A stretch of DNA of 64,000 nucleotides from contig CAYNCK010000024.1 in NCBI GenBank assembly GCA_964396095.1, positions 8,079 through 72,078 on the forward strand, in the 5' to 3' direction. Source of the DNA: an uncultured Methanosarcinales archaeon. GTDB lineage: Archaea; Nanobdellota; Nanobdellia; Woesearchaeales; GW2011-AR4. Below are positions 63,973 through 64,000 of the stretch, in pieces. Position 1 is the stretch's first letter; each line of letters opens with the position of its first letter. A program made the position numbers and the translations under genes. The notes beneath the pieces are model-generated. The model saw only the letters and a program-made list of their open reading frames with translations, made no database searches and was not told the DNA's origin.

Positions 63973-64000
63973 ATTCTGGGATGTTCTTAGATATAGTGCA

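Noticed and set aside
1-64000. Global reassignment of TGA (genetic code 4/25) as an explanation for the three in-frame TGA codons (40756, 41317, 60659)
   Set aside because: Many well-conserved genes end at TGA at the expected protein length. Several form ATGA stop/start overlaps (2060, 3169, 7295, 31678, 63400). TGA is therefore a normal stop here.
1-64000. CRISPR arrays, tRNA genes, IS elements, integrases or prophage genes
   Set aside because: I saw no regularly spaced identical repeats, no cloverleaf-compatible GTTCRA T-arm contexts, and no transposase-, integrase- or capsid-like ORFs. Absence is judged by eye only.

Overview
Visibly AT-rich window that looks archaeal, probably from a small DPANN-like genome (inference). 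Support: an archaeal-type 5S rRNA, a Fap7-like NTPase, an NFACT protein, RHH and DUF2683-like modules, A/T-rich TATA-like promoters and many ATGA start/stop overlaps. The first ~4 kb is housekeeping: Fap7-like (cut by the window edge), aspartate aminotransferase, a cyclophilin-like protein, an NFACT-N protein and an orphan 5S rRNA. From ~4 kb to the window end lies a ~60 kb cell-surface glycan / glycosylation island. It encodes nucleotide-sugar pathways: a UDP-Glc dehydrogenase + UDP-GlcA decarboxylase + nucleotidyltransferase operon, and a WbpA/B/D/E/I-like set for 2,3-diacetamido uronic acids. It also encodes a Wzx-like flippase, three GT4, five GT2 and one GT9 glycosyltransferases, and four clear GT-C membrane transferases (one YfhO-like) plus two divergent GT-C-like paralogs. 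Four class I SAM methyltransferases, five B12-binding radical SAM paralogs and three SDR epimerase/reductases complete the enzyme set. The most unusual structure is a four-fold recurrence of the gene set GT2 (polyprenyl-P-sugar synthase-like) + methyltransferase + GT-C + B12-radical-SAM. A palindromic operator-like motif is shared by three of the radical SAM promoters. The right end carries a Dlt-like O-acylation module: two SGNH proteins, a small TM protein, an MBOAT, AcpS and a carrier protein that has no canonical start codon. Toxin-antitoxin loci sit at junctions in the island (RelE/DUF2683-like, MNT/HEPN, and a decayed PIN fragment). Two putative surface proteins are disrupted, one by two in-frame TGA codons and one by a 1-nt homopolymer frameshift. 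A ~125-nt structured repeat occurs twice. No tRNA, CRISPR array, transposase or integrase was recognised. All calls rest on reading the supplied ORF translations and the DNA by eye; no database search was run.
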